Source of the DNA: Octopus sinensis
Taxonomy: Eukaryota
Assembly: GCF_006345805.1 (NCBI RefSeq)
Contig: NC_043000.1
Coordinates: forward strand, 29,822,001-29,886,000
DNA length: 64,000 bases
Reading direction: 5' to 3'
A model generated the notes under the pieces. It saw only the letters and a list, made by a program, of their open reading frames with translations. It was not told the DNA's origin and ran no database searches. The translations under genes and the position numbers were made by a program. This document shows positions 13,788-26,817 of this stretch, in pieces. Every line of letters begins with the position of its first letter. Positions within the stretch are counted from its first letter, which is position 1.

Positions 13788-14450
13788 GGCAGCGAGCTGG
13801 CAGAATCGTTAGCACGCCGAGCGAAATGCTTAGCGGTATTTCGTCTGCCGCTACGTTCTGAGTTCAAATTCCGCCGAGGTCGACTTTGCCTTTCATCCTT
13901 TCGGGGTCGATTAATTAAGTACCAGTTAAGCACTGGGGTCGATGTAATCGACTTAATCCAGTTGTCTGTCCTTGTTTTTTCTCTGTGTGTTTAGGCCATT
14001 GAGGGTAGTAAAGAAATAGGTATTTCGTCTGTCTTTACGTTCTGAGTTCAAATTCCGCCGAGGTCGACTTTGCATTTCATCCTTTCGATGTCGATAAATT
14101 AAGTACCAGTTGCGTACTGGAGTCGATCTAATCGACTGGCCCTCTCCCCCAATATTTCGGCCTTGTGCCTTGAGTAGAAAAGAGTATCAGTCTATTGCGG
14201 CTAAGCGCGCCGTGCTGGCAGAATCGGTAGCACGCTGGACAAAATACTCAGTGGCATTCCGTCTGTCTTTATTTTCTGAGTTCAAATTCCGCCGAGGTCG
14301 ACTTTGCTTTTCATCCTTTTTTGGGGTGTGTGGGGTCGATTAAATAAGTACCAGTTACGGACTGGAGTCGATGTAATCGACTCAATCCCTTTGCCTGTCC
14401 TTGTTTGTCCTCTCTATATTTAGCCCCTCCCCCGTGGGCAATAAAGAAAC
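13788..14450 (+). mobile_element. Tandem/nested SINE family B cluster (three cores)
   Basis: Three 'ctgagttcaaattccgccgaggtcgactttgc' cores; 18-bp direct repeat 'aatatcaatctatcgtga' at 13765 and 14452. Confidence 0.9.
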
Positions 14451-14904
14451 AAATATCAATCTATCGTGACTGTCTCTCTCTCTCCCTCGCGGATTAAACA
14501 TTGCCTCCAGCTCTGTCAGTAATTAATCACTTCAATCAAGTGTATCATGAACTGGTTCAATAAATCAATATACCAATCATCATCATCATCATCATCATTA
14601 TCACCATATGAAAGTAGATCTGACGACGGTTAATAGACTTTCAAGTCTAAATATAATGTAACTTCTAGAAGCAGATTTATTGTAATGTAAAGAACAGTAA
14701 ATTGGAGAAAGTGTTTTTCTGAAGAGGCTCAAGTGGTGCATAATATGTTTTTGAGTGGATTTCGTGGCCGGTTGATCAGTTTGGCGTATATTAATTAACA
14801 CGTGACTGTAATGCAGAGGAGATGGGGGAAGAGAGAGGCGTGGGGTGAGTGGATGCAGGACGCGTTTAAGACGAATCGATTCTATGAGAATGCAGCTGTA
14901 TATA

Positions 14905-15105
14905 TCATGTCTTACTAAAAGGCGAGACGGCCACGTCTGGAATGCTTCAATTAGGGCTACAACTACAACTACAAGAACGACATGGCGTCGTAAGAGCACA
15001 AATCACTGAGAGTGGCTGAGCCGGGGACAAGCAAAATCCTGTGGGATTTCCTAATTCTAACGGACCGGGTTCTTGAGAACAATAAGCCGCGCCTCATGGC
15101 GTTTA
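14905..15105 (+). mobile_element. R4/Dong-clade LINE endonuclease fragment
   Basis: Translates to KILWDFLILTDRVLENNKP, the 'WD...TD....N(K/R)PD' signature of RLE-type LINEs. Confidence 0.65.
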
Positions 15106-15223
15106 CAGTTCAACATAAGTACCCTTTTATTAAATAGTTCGTATACCAGGGATACTCGCGGGTAGGATAAATAAGTAACAACAACCAAAACTTTAATTTT
15201 ATACATATATATATCTTTAAAAT

Positions 15224-15625
15224 TCTTTTACTTGTTTCAGTCATTTGACTGCGGCCATGCTGGAGCACCGCCTTCAGTCGGACAAATCGTCCCCAGGACA
15301 TTCTTTGTAAGCCTACTATTTATTCTATCGTTCTCTTTTGCCGAATAAGTTACAGGGACGTAAACACACTAGCATCGGTTGTCAAAGGGTGTTGAGCGGA
15401 TCACAAACACAGACACACATCCCTACACACACATATACATATATGTATGCATATACGACGAGTTTCTTTCAATCTCCGTCTACCAAAATCCACTATCAAA
15501 TCCACTCCGTCTACCAAATCCACTCACAAGGCTTTGTAGGAGGCACTTGTGCAAGGTGCCACGCAGTGGGACTGAACCCTGACCATATGGTTTGGTAGCA
15601 AGATTCTTACCACACAGCCACGCCT
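15224..15625 (-). mobile_element. SINE family A
   Basis: Full-length reverse-complement copy. Confidence 0.9.
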
Positions 15626-15734
15626 ATATTCAATGTATAAACATTGAAATTGTTAATCGAAAAATTGAAGGACGAAAAATAAAGTCGAATCATTTGAAAC
15701 TAAAGATGTTGATATTGAAATATTAAATATTAAA

Positions 15735-16113
15735 GGCGCAGGAGTGGCTATGTGGTAAGTAGCTTGCTTACGAACCACATGGTTCCAGGTTCAATCCCAC
15801 TGCGTGGCACCTCGGACAAGTTTCTTCTACTATGGCCTTAGGCCGACCAAAGCCTTGTGAGTGGATTTAGTAGACGTAAACTGAAAGAAGCCCGTCGTAT
15901 ATATGTATACATATATATGTGTGTGTGTGTGTGTTTGTGTGTCTGTGTTTGTCCCCAACATCGCTGTAACGTAGCGGTTCGGCAAAAAAGACCGATAGAA
16001 TAAGTACTAGGCTTGCAAAGAACAAGTCCTAGGGTCGATGCTCGACTAAAAGCGGTGCTCCAGCATGGCCACAGCCAAATGACTGAAACAAGTAAAAGAG
16101 TAAAAGAGTAAAA
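15735..16113 (+). mobile_element. SINE family A
   Basis: Full-length copy, head-to-head with 15224-15625. Confidence 0.9.
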
Positions 16114-17017
16114 GAGATATAAGCAAGGAAAGAAAAAGAGAAACATTTTCAAAGACTGTCGTGAAATTTTGCGATCGGTGCCATATCAACAGCGAGTAGA
16201 CAAGAACGTTGGTAATAGAGGCCATTGTTCACAGAAGATTTTGATGGTGCATAAATCAACGAGAGACGAGGAGGTCGTAGAGCGACGTCATCGCTGTAAT
16301 AGTGTAATGGTGGAGAACTGTATAACAAATACATATTCTGTTATTTAGTATTTGACCTGTTTGTCTGTACCCTACATCCACACATACAGCTACAAACGTG
16401 TACAAATATAATACACAGATATGTGGTATATGATAGGAGATGATACGATATGCTACGACATACACACCACATACATACACGCAGTCACGCAAGTATATCC
16501 ATACATGCGCACATATATATATATATATATAATATATATATATATATATAATATAATATGTGTGTGTGTGGTGTGTGTGTGTGTGTGGTGTGTGTGTGTG
16601 TGTATACCATCAAATATGCCATGTGTGTAAACATATGCATTTTAACATTTGCATCGATCTATCTATATAGTTTTATATATACACATACACACACTCGCAC
16701 ACACAAACACACACACATATACATAATATATTAAATATAATACAATTATATACAAATATGTATATATATATATATCTATATATATATATATATAGTATAT
16801 ATTATATATATAATAACACACAGCACGCATTCTTACATTCATACACGCATAGAATTAAAGAACACACAATTCACACATACATACTCATACATCCACCCCT
16901 TTAAACACACATACACACAGACATACACACGCGCGCTGTTATCCAACCAGCTTCAGCTAATCATTGCTATGTACTTTAGTGAATCAGATAGTTCTTTACA
17001 AGTTTTAAACCATAATT

Positions 17018-17063
<46 letters not shown>

Positions 17064-17484
17064 GCTTTCTACAGAAAGATCATGTCGTATTTTCATATTT
17101 CATTCTTCTCCTCGTATGCTTCAGTTTGATAAAATTTATTGGTTGATCCATATTGTTTACTCATCTTGTTTATATCAAATTTCTTTCTTCTCCATTTAAT
17201 ATCGGTTTTATTTTGTATGTTGTTCTCCGTATTAATATAACTACTTCCATATTTGTTTATCTTTTGAAATAATGCTTTTCCAGTATTTGAAATAGTCGGT
17301 GTCTCAAGCATATAAATATATATACATCAATAATACATGTATATATATATATATATATACATAAATAATATATGTATATATATGCATATATATATGGATA
17401 TAAATATATGTATATATATATACATACATATATGGGTACATATATATATATATATATATGTGTGTGTATATATACATACATATA

Positions 17485-17610
17485 TGGGTACAGGACGTCA
17501 CCAACAGTAAACAGCATGAAATACGCAAACAACGAGAGAAACAAATGGAAAACAGGACAAGTAATACAAAGAACGATCCTTTATCAGTTGTCGGCTTTCT
17601 ATCTGCTCGT
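17485..17610 (-). mobile_element. Unclassified (TA)n-inserted repeat; related copies at 24690-24850 and 63888-64000
   Basis: Shared 'tatgg(g/a)tacaggac(g/a)tca' end in all three; 'atggaaaacaggacaagtaa.acaaagaa' shared by the first two. Confidence 0.6.
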
Positions 17611-17682
17611 ATATATACATATATATATATATATGTATGTGTGTGTGTTTATATATATGCATGTATGTATATATATATATAC

Positions 17683-17713
<31 letters not shown>

Positions 17714-18015
17714 AATTATATAATATATTATATATATATATAATATATATATATTATATAATGAGTGGTATCTTATCAACTAGTGGATGGAAACAGTGTA
17801 AATATTGTAATATTGTTCATACATATCCCCACACAAATGCTTCCACTTAGTCACAGGCATGCTCACGCATATTCAATCGCACGCCCACACACAGACCCAG
17901 GCGCACAAACATATACTCATAAAGCACAAGCGTACATGAAAATCATACACACTGGTATGCGCACGCATATGGTAAATGAAATCTGTCTGTCTGCCAGTCT
18001 GTCTGTCTATCTATC

Positions 18016-18086
<71 letters not shown>

Positions 18087-18907
18087 GCCTGTCTGTCTGC
18101 CTGCCTACTTGTCTGTCCGGCTGTCTGTTTATACATATACATATAAACATATATACATACAGATTAATATACATTGGCGGGAACGCACGCATGTATAGCC
18201 AGAAAGATAAATTCTTAGAAAAGGCAGATTTTAAAATAAACAACACATAATATAACGGTGTAATTTATAATTGTTATTTCCACTCTTAATGAAAATGAAA
18301 TTTGCTTACGCTTCGGATAAGAACTCTTCATCAGAGAGTTACAACTGAAAAATAAAATAAGTGAATATAAAAGCACATCAGACTAATGACACTTGAGATC
18401 AAATCCACCGGAAACGATTAGCATAATGTAATGTACTTAATTTACTGGTGGTGGTGGTGGGGTATCTCAAATGTGACCTCAGCCGGATTAGAACTCAGAG
18501 CAAGAGATTTTACTCGACACTTCAAAGACTTATTCTGCCAAATCACTGCATTCGTCCGCACCCCCACAAAACGCAGTCACATACACTCATACACACACAT
18601 ATATACATGTACACACATACATGTGTGTTTGTGCGTGTATGTTCTTGAATAAACATCCGAAGACAAAATTAAAAACACACAATCACTCACACCTATACAC
18701 ACACACACACACATACACACACACGTACATATAGTAACATTTGGGTTCTATTAAGGCTATTGAGAACTTTTACTATTAAATATTGCTTATTTATCATTTA
18801 ACAGCCCTAACAGTTGTATGTAAACATATATATTTGTGTGTATGTAAATGTGTATATGAATGCATTGTTACATGTATGCAGCTAAGTACAAATATATACA
18901 CACACAC

Positions 18908-18972
<65 letters not shown>

Positions 18973-19111
18973 ATACATGTATGTATGTGCGCACTCGATA
19001 CACAAGATATAGAAGCGTTGCTACACATTCTCTTTGCACATTGAATTCTTCGACTGTATTGTGCTTTTCTTTTCATTATTGTCATTATCGTAATCATCAC
19101 CACCATTATTA

Positions 19112-19167
<56 letters not shown>

Positions 19168-19734
19168 GCATTATTGTTGTTGTTTTTATTAATATTATTC
19201 TTATTATTCTTATTATCCTCATTTTCGTTGCTCCTGTTTTCGTTGCTCCACTCTTCACTCTTTCCCATCCAATGTTTTGTTACATTGTTTTGACTAATTG
19301 TTTTTCTGTGTTCCAATTGACATGCAGTTATTTAGATTGCCATGTTTGCATTGGCCTTTGAATTTACAAGAGAGAAAAACCCTTTATGGCGGTGAACCAT
19401 GTTGTTTTGTCTCCTTTGTCTTTTTATTAGTTTCCTCTTCATTAGAAATACTCAAACTTTTGCTACCACACTTTAGCTATTCTTCTCGTTGGCTCGATTT
19501 GCTAATATACTTTAATTCCATTCCACAGCGATTCGTCATTCTCCATGGTGAATTCTACGGACAATAGATGCTTTGTCGACTAATGGTCAATAGTGTTTGG
19601 TTTTCGACCAATTTTCACAAACATCTTGTTGTAAGTACCTAACACAGACGTAAATGTTGAGTTCCTACTTCCTGTGTTATATCTTAACTCATGAAGCTGG
19701 CAACTTCAATCGTAACAATTGTATTTACATTTTA

Positions 19735-19945
19735 TTGGGTTGTCCGGAAAGTTTGTGCCGATTTTTTAAAGGAAAGAAGAATGTCAATAAATACTTGCCA
19801 TTACATTTTTAATCAACCAAATATGAACCATTTTGTTGCACAATGCGTCTCCATCTTTCCATTAACTTGAAAATACCCTCTTCCGAGAATTGAGGTGGTT
19901 TCATGGCAAAGAATTCATCAAGGTATCTTTGTACGTGGTCTAGTA
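19735..19945 (-). mobile_element. mariner (DD34D) 3' end: transposase C-terminus and TIR
   Basis: HVQRYLDEFFAMKPPQFSEEGIFKLMERWRRIVQQNGSYLVD*; TA|TTGGGTTGTCCGGAAAG terminus. Confidence 0.85.
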
Positions 19946-20923
19946 ATGTAGTTTGGGTCAAGGAGTAAGTGAAGAAATAGATATGTCTCAAGAAAAAAAA
20001 AAAAGCATCCATGCGAAAAAAATAAAAAGAAAGTGTAGCGGAAACCCAATTGAAATGTTAGATAAAAATATAATTGAGTAATAATTGGTAAGTTGGTGAA
20101 AATAGTGAATAAAAACCATGAAAAAATCAACCATAGGGAATTGAGAAATGCATGTAAAACCAAATACAGGTGCAAGCCATTCGGCAAATCCAGTTCCGTT
20201 TGGTTGTGCAGAAATCAAGATGAAATAAATTCACAAAATGCATCGAAGTTGCCCTGAGTGAACGCAATAATTGTGAAATGTGATGGATGCCGGTTGCATG
20301 TGAAATTAACAGGAAATATAGGCGGTGGGAACTTTGCTGACAGGAGTTGTTCTGTAGAAATGCGAAGTGAAGAACATGGTTAGATTGTGAAATTCGTAAA
20401 TGTGTCACTACGTGCACGACGTAATGTTATGGTGTAAGCTAGCCGGCAAAAAAAAAAACAGCTGCTGTCTCATGTATGCATGTGAAAGTTTATGCAGGTA
20501 GGTGTGCATAAAAAAGAAAAGAAATATGAAAACGAAAGGAATTTATTGCAAACGATAAAGAATGCAATGTAGAGGGGTAAGAAAATGATGGAAAGAGGGA
20601 AAAAACCTGTGCAAATACACTGTCCAGTGAAATCAAACCGGGTTTGGCGCTGGTAAGAAGATTTAAAGAAATGTGAAAAGAAAGTGTGTAACCGCTCATA
20701 CAATTAAGTTCAAGAACGTAGACATCAGCATGGAATCGTTCTCTCACCCTGAAAGAATGTCAGTTCTTCCTCTGTTGACGCTAAGAGTTAGGCGTCCTTC
20801 ATGCTATGCTACTAAAGAAAGAGGTCCGAAGATTTGTGGGACATAATGTATTTGCAATGCTGGTTGTTTTTCCTGTCTCATACAGCTGATGTTTACTGTA
20901 TCATTCTTGTGTATATTTGATGT

Positions 20924-21300
20924 GTAGGCGCAATGGCCAATTGTTAAGGGTAGCGGACTTGCGGTCATAGGATCGCGGTTTCGATTCCAAGACCGGGCAT
21001 TGTGAGTGTTTATTAAGCAAAAACACCTAAAGCTCCACGAGGCTCCGGCAGGGAGTGGTGACGAACACTGCTCTAACTCTTTCACCACGAATTTCTCTCA
21101 CTCTTTCTTCCTGTTTCTGTTGCACCTGTATTTCAAAGGGTCAGCTTTGTCACACACTGTCATGCTGAATCTCCCCGAGAACTACGTTAAGGGTACACTT
21201 GTCTGTGGAATGCTCAACCACTTGCTCGCTAATTTCACGAGCAGGCTGTTCCATTGATCGGATCAACTGGAACCCACGTCGTCGTAATCGACAGAGTGTC
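20924..21300 (+). mobile_element. SINE family C (tRNA-derived)
   Basis: 'aggcgcaatggcc...ggtttcgattcc' A/B boxes; flanking 'gtatattt(g/a)atg' direct repeat. Confidence 0.9.
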
Positions 21301-21611
21301 GTAGTATATTTAATGCTTTGGATCTCAACACTCGTCGAATTAGAAAGCGATATACACTAATAATCTTTCTCAGTAGGTTATATATAGTTAATATTTTATT
21401 TTGAACCTGGTTTCTCCAGATTTAGTCCTCAGCGGGATGATCAAGATCGGCGATCAACAGTGTAAGCGGATATTTTTCGTTTCCAAATAAATGTAAACGT
21501 AGAGATTTTATGTACTGAATTTGTGCTGAGGAGAAAAGAGCGAAATACTTTATAATTAAATGAGGTGAATCTTCCTGAAAGACTCTCTCTCTCACACACA
21601 CACACACACAC

Positions 21612-21662
<51 letters not shown>

Positions 21663-21920
21663 GGAAATTATTATAGCTGGCAAGAATTATTCCAACCCAG
21701 AGACAATGTCCGGAAAAAATGTTGAGATGAAGACAGATGAAATGTTTTTTTCGTAAAGAAAAATCTATCATATTTTATGTTTGTGTAATTCCTTGCGCGT
21801 CTGACCGTGACGGCAGTAAGGTGGCTGACTGCCAATAATCGAATGGTTTCTCAACAGCTGATGCTGCTGTCTGTGCTCGATGTATTGCAGTGACAGCCGA
21901 AGAGCTGAGCACTCTGTTGA

Positions 21921-22125
21921 TTGTTAAGCAACAAGACGGATGAGGGTGATTAAGTGATGGTCTAGGGCTTAGGGGCGGGAGACCCCAGACCTGGGAAAAA
22001 AAAAACTTTGGTCATCTTGTTGTAGTCGAGGGCTCTTCGTTGACGCCCGACACCACTGGGAGGTGGCTCTCGAAGTCGCTGGAAATAGAGATCTCCAGAT
22101 CCAAATTCTTGAACGGCTGCTGCTA
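21921..22125. mobile_element. Unclassified ~200-bp dispersed repeat (second copy 27509-27705)
   Basis: 'ttgttaagcaacaagacgg.tgagggtgattaagtgatggtctaggg...cgacaccactgggaggtggc.ctcgaagtcgctggaaat' at both loci. Confidence 0.8.
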
Positions 22126-22344
22126 GTGATTTGTTCCTCGGTCGAAGACTAGGTTGCAACTGTTAAATGACACCTCGTTATCTGTTTAAGTATTGCTACC
22201 CAAGAGAACGAATGATGAATGTAGGTTCATGAAAGATCGAACTCAAACTTTTGATTCGCTGTCCGAGGTCAGAAGATGCAGAAAGACATAAACAAAACAT
22301 ATATAAAAAAATTCTTGTCTCTAAGTTACGAAAAGTTGAAATAT

Positions 22345-23432
22345 TGATTTCAAATTTTGGCATTAAACCGGCAATTTCGGAGTGAGATCAATTATATCGA
22401 TCGCAGTATTCGACGGGAACTTACTTTATCGACCTCGAAAGGATGGAAGGCGAAGTCTTCCTCGGCGGAATTTCAAGGAAAGTAGAAATATTAGTTTCAA
22501 ATTTTGACACATGACAATTTCAGGGGAGGGGGTAAAGTAATTACGTCGATCCCATCCTCAATTCGTAGTTATTTTATCGACCCGGTGGGATTTGAACTCA
22601 TATCATAAAGTCGGACGAAATTCGGCTGAGCACCTTGCCCAGCGTGCGAACGATTCTGCCAGCTTGCCGCCTTGGAGGAAAGTAGAAATATTTAAAAAAA
22701 AAAAAAAAATGTGGCTAAATTCTTTCTACTATAGGCACAAGGCCTGAAATTTGAAGGGAGGGGGGCGTTGGTTGCATCGACCACAATACGCATCTGGTAC
22801 TTAATTTATCGACTCCGAAAAAGGCAAAGTCGACTCCGGTGGCATTTGACCACAGAACATAAAGAGAGACGAAATACCTCTACATATTTCGCCCGGCGTG
22901 CGAACAATTCTGCCACCTCGCCGCCTTAGAGGAAAGTAGAAATACTCTTCTCTACTCTAGGCACAAGGCAGACGAAATAACACTAAGCATTTCGTCCGGC
23001 GTGCTAACGATTCTTGTTTCTTTCCTGCCCACAAGGGTTTACACACAGAGGGGACAAACAAGGACAGACAAACGGATTAAGTCGATTATATCGACTCCAG
23101 TGCGTAACTGGTGCTTATTTAATCGACCCTGAAAAGGATGAAAGGCAAAGTCGGCCTCGGCGGAATTTGAACTCAGAACGAAGCGACAGACGAAATACCT
23201 ATTTCTTTACTACCCGCGAGGGGCTAAACACAGAGAGGACAAACAAGGACAGACAAACGGATTAAGTCGATTATATCAACCCCAGTGCGTAACTGGTACT
23301 TATTTAATCGACCCCGAAAGGATGAAAGGCAAAGTCGACCTCGGCGTAATTTGAACTCAGAACGTAACGGCTGACGAAATACCTGCTGAGCATTTCGCCC
23401 GGTGTGCTAACGATTCTGCCAGCTCGCCGCCT
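22345..23432 (-). mobile_element. Array of at least five SINE family B copies separated by a recurring 14-bp spacer
   Basis: Repeated cores; 'ggaaagtagaaata' (or a variant) at 22330, 22477, 22677, 22931 and 23437. Confidence 0.85.
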
Positions 23433-24015
23433 TAGAGGAAAGCAGAAATATTGAGAAAAAAAAAAGAAAAAAAAAAGAGAAAGTGTGGTGAAGTTGGCGG
23501 GTTCTACTGCGAGTGGATCAATTGTTTGGAGTTAGAATATTGAATCGATTTCTGTGCCATAAAGTAATATATCTAAGTAGAGTAGGTAACAACGTCTCGT
23601 ATGCAAGAGGATATTAAAGTTCAATATTGTACATGTTTCCGTGATCTTCATTGAAAGGAAAGGAATTTTTTGAGTACACACTGCTCTTCATAGAAGGCTG
23701 GATTAAAGCGGATCGCGCAGAAAGTGATAAAAGAATTTCTTAAGCAGACGAAAAGGGACGAAATTACGTTTGCTTAAGAAAAAATACAATCCGAGTTATT
23801 TCCGAACATATTTCGTTATTCTCCTTTGATGTCTCTTCCTCCCCTTTCCTCGCAATCGCGTCCAATCACACCTCCTCACTTCCGCGCTTTCTCCTCACAA
23901 AATGATTACACATAGACAGCAACACGCCACGCCCCCCGCTGTTCCAAAATTCTATATATTCTGTACTCGCACCTCCCTTGTGCCTATCTTAAAATACGGA
24001 TCCATTCCTATACGT

Positions 24016-24049
<34 letters not shown>

Positions 24050-24084
24050 GCATCTGTCCTTTTCTACGTAATGTTTTCCCCAAA

Positions 24085-24315
24085 AAAAAACTGCATTCCT
24101 AACGGGGTTTGAACGCACTCCCTCTATCTTTGTCTTTCTCAGCCATTTTCCATCTTCCTCAATCTTCCTATCTTTCTCTTCTATGATTTTCTTCTGTGAA
24201 GGACTATCGGCCGAAACGTTAAGGCACTTTCCCTCACTGTCTAGGAATTAGATATTTGTTACAAGTTATCTCTCTTCTATTGCTTCTCGTTTGCTTTTGT
24301 TCATTCCTTCCCAGT
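24085..24315 (+). mobile_element. Probable Penelope-like 3' terminus with a degenerate hammerhead
   Basis: 'cctaacggggtttgaac' resembles the P.GLN end of PLE GIY-YIG ORFs; followed by ctt-CTG-TGA-a-gg...cc-GAAAC-GTT-aag at 24191-24223. Confidence 0.45.
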
Positions 24316-24335
24316 ACACACACACAAAAATGTAT

Positions 24336-24379
<44 letters not shown>

Positions 24380-24413
24380 TATATATAATATATATATATA
24401 TATATATAATATA

Positions 24414-24514
<101 letters not shown>

Positions 24515-24617
24515 AACTTGGAAATGGATGCGTGGCGTTCAATTAAATAATAATATAAATAATATATATGTATGTATGTATTTATGTATGTATATATATA
24601 TATATATATAATATATA

Positions 24618-24661
<44 letters not shown>

Positions 24662-25069
24662 TATTATATATATATATATATGCATATATGGATACAGGAC
24701 ATCACCAACTGTAAACACATGAAGTACGAAAACGAACGATTGAAAATGGAAAACAGGACAAGTAACACAAAGAATGACACTTCATCAGTTGTCGGCTGTC
24801 TAACTACTCCTCATTTCGAGTATTAACCGACACAGTTAAGCATTTTTCTATCTAAGAGGGGCTGTTCATATTTTGACGGGAATGTACAAACCTTCATTAC
24901 GCCGTAACAATTTCTAACATATTATTTAAATAGGAAGAAACAGGGTCAAGTATAGCGCATACTGCACCTACCACACTTCTAAACTTTCTCTGATAATCGC
25001 CATCGTCATTATTATTTTTATCATTATTATTATTGTTGTTGTAGTTGTTTTCTTGCTGCTGTTGCTGTT

Positions 25070-25436
25070 GAGCGAACGGTCTTCGTCCCAGAGCTCGCAA
25101 GATGGGAGAAGTCCGAAACGTGGCCCTTTGCTATTCGTAAGACCCGCAGAAGAGAAAGCAGGTCAACTCCCGACACCGAGAGCATCGACGGATGGATGAA
25201 TGCGCATCCAGGCTCGGTGGTTGCGTAGGGAGTCGGGGACAAGAAACAGGAAGAAAGAGTGAGAGAAAGTTGGAGCGAAAGAGTACAACAGGGGTCGCCA
25301 CCACCCCCTGCCGGAGCCTCGTGGAGCTTTAGGTATTTTCGCTCAATAAACACACACAACGCCCGGTCTGGGAATCGAAACCGCGATCCTCTGACCGCGA
25401 GTGCGCTGCCCAAACCACTGGGCCATTGCGCCTCCA
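25070..25436 (-). mobile_element. SINE with family C head and a different, hairpin-rich 3' half
   Basis: Head matches 49359-49540; 25075-25240 is unrelated to the usual family C tail. Confidence 0.8.
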
Positions 25437-25945
25437 CTGCAGTTGCTGCTGTTGTTGTTGTTGTTGTTTTAATGTCAGGCTGTTCTTCGCTGTTCTATTC
25501 CAAAACATAACAAGCTCAACAAAACTAAGATAATAGACCAAATAAACAACTTCAGTGAAGCTGAACGCTACAATGGTGTTCGTAATTTGGGATGTCGTGT
25601 AGTTTTCTATGTGCGATGCGAGAGAATGGAGACTGGATAGAGAAGAGTTCTTCTTGCGTGTGTTTACATTAATCCCTGTTTATGTTGCGTGTGTTGGAAT
25701 GAAACAAAAAAAAATATTTCGAGTTGAACATTTATTTTACTGTGTGTTGTGAGGCGGAGCGAAGAAATGGATTCACTATAATATCAATGTGTGTGTGGAT
25801 GCACACGCACACACGCATACACACATACACACACACATACACACACGCATACACACACACACTCACGTCCATATAAATACATATATGTATATATGTTCGC
25901 GTGTGTAAATACGTGCATACATGCATATACAAAACCAATCAATAG

Positions 25946-25984
<39 letters not shown>

Positions 25985-26166
25985 CTTATACACATAAATG
26001 CAAGCATACACACATACATAAACATATATATGCATGCACACAGACACACATATATGTATATTTATGCACGTGTGCGCACACACGCACACACGCACACACA
26101 TTCGCGCGCGCACACACATTCGCGCGCACACACACACACACACACTCAAACACTCCCCATTATATA

Positions 26167-26550
26167 CAGGGTGCGTTCAAAACGTACCCGACTCTATTTT
26201 CTTCCACCACAATAAATGCCACGTAGGCAAAATACTTTGGGTAGGGCATGACGCCATCCACTTCCTGCGCATATTTTCGCGTCAGTTCACGCCTGCAACG
26301 CCTATTGCACAGACGTGTAGTGCACGCTCGATGGATTTTTCGTTTCCACCGAACTCATCGAGCAGAGCCAATGCATCAGGTTTTGACAAAAGCTTGGTGA
26401 TACTCAACCTCAAAATGTCGAGAAACTATTCAGCAAGCTTTTGGCGATGGTGTCATGAGCAAAACTCAGATAAAGGAGTAGAACAACCGCTCAAAGCATG
26501 ATAGCAAGACAGGGTGAGGCAGGCCAGCTACGAGCCGAAATGAGGAGCGG
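26167..26550 (+). mobile_element. mariner 5' end: TIR and N-terminal HTH (irritans-like), decayed
   Basis: TA|CAGGGTGCGTTCAAAA terminus; LIEQSQCIRF*QKLGDTQ..(frameshift)..TIQQAFGDGVMSKTQIKE*NNR..GRPATSRN. Confidence 0.8.
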
Positions 26551-26695
26551 CAAGGCTTCACTATAATTTCCATCTGTCTACTTTCAGAAGATTCATTACC
26601 CAAATTTAGTTCTATATTTAAGAGATGAGGAATCATGTACATTATTTACATTATTTACAATTGATGGATATGTGTCCTCATCTTGTTTTGTTGTT

Positions 26696-26741
26696 AACAC
26701 AACGTTTCGACTGATATACCCTCCAGGCTTCATAAGGTGTC
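26696..26741 (-). ncRNA. Type-I hammerhead motif, mutated core (CUUAUGA)
   Basis: Minus strand GACAC-CTTATGA-a-gcctg gagggtatat cagtc-GAAAC-GTT-GTGTT. Confidence 0.55.
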
Positions 26742-26817
26742 TTGGGGAAATTTCGAACCTAGGTCCTCTTTCGAAAAATACCTCAGGAATAAGAACCCAG
26801 GTCCGAAATTTCCCCAA

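Noticed and set aside
22330-23450. CRISPR-like repeat-spacer appearance
   Set aside because: The 'spacers' are homologous SINE copies of 130-490 bp in a eukaryotic context with no cas genes.
24770-24835. Minus-strand GAAA...CTGATGA as a type-II hammerhead
   Set aside because: Stems I and III and the UH site could not be formed.
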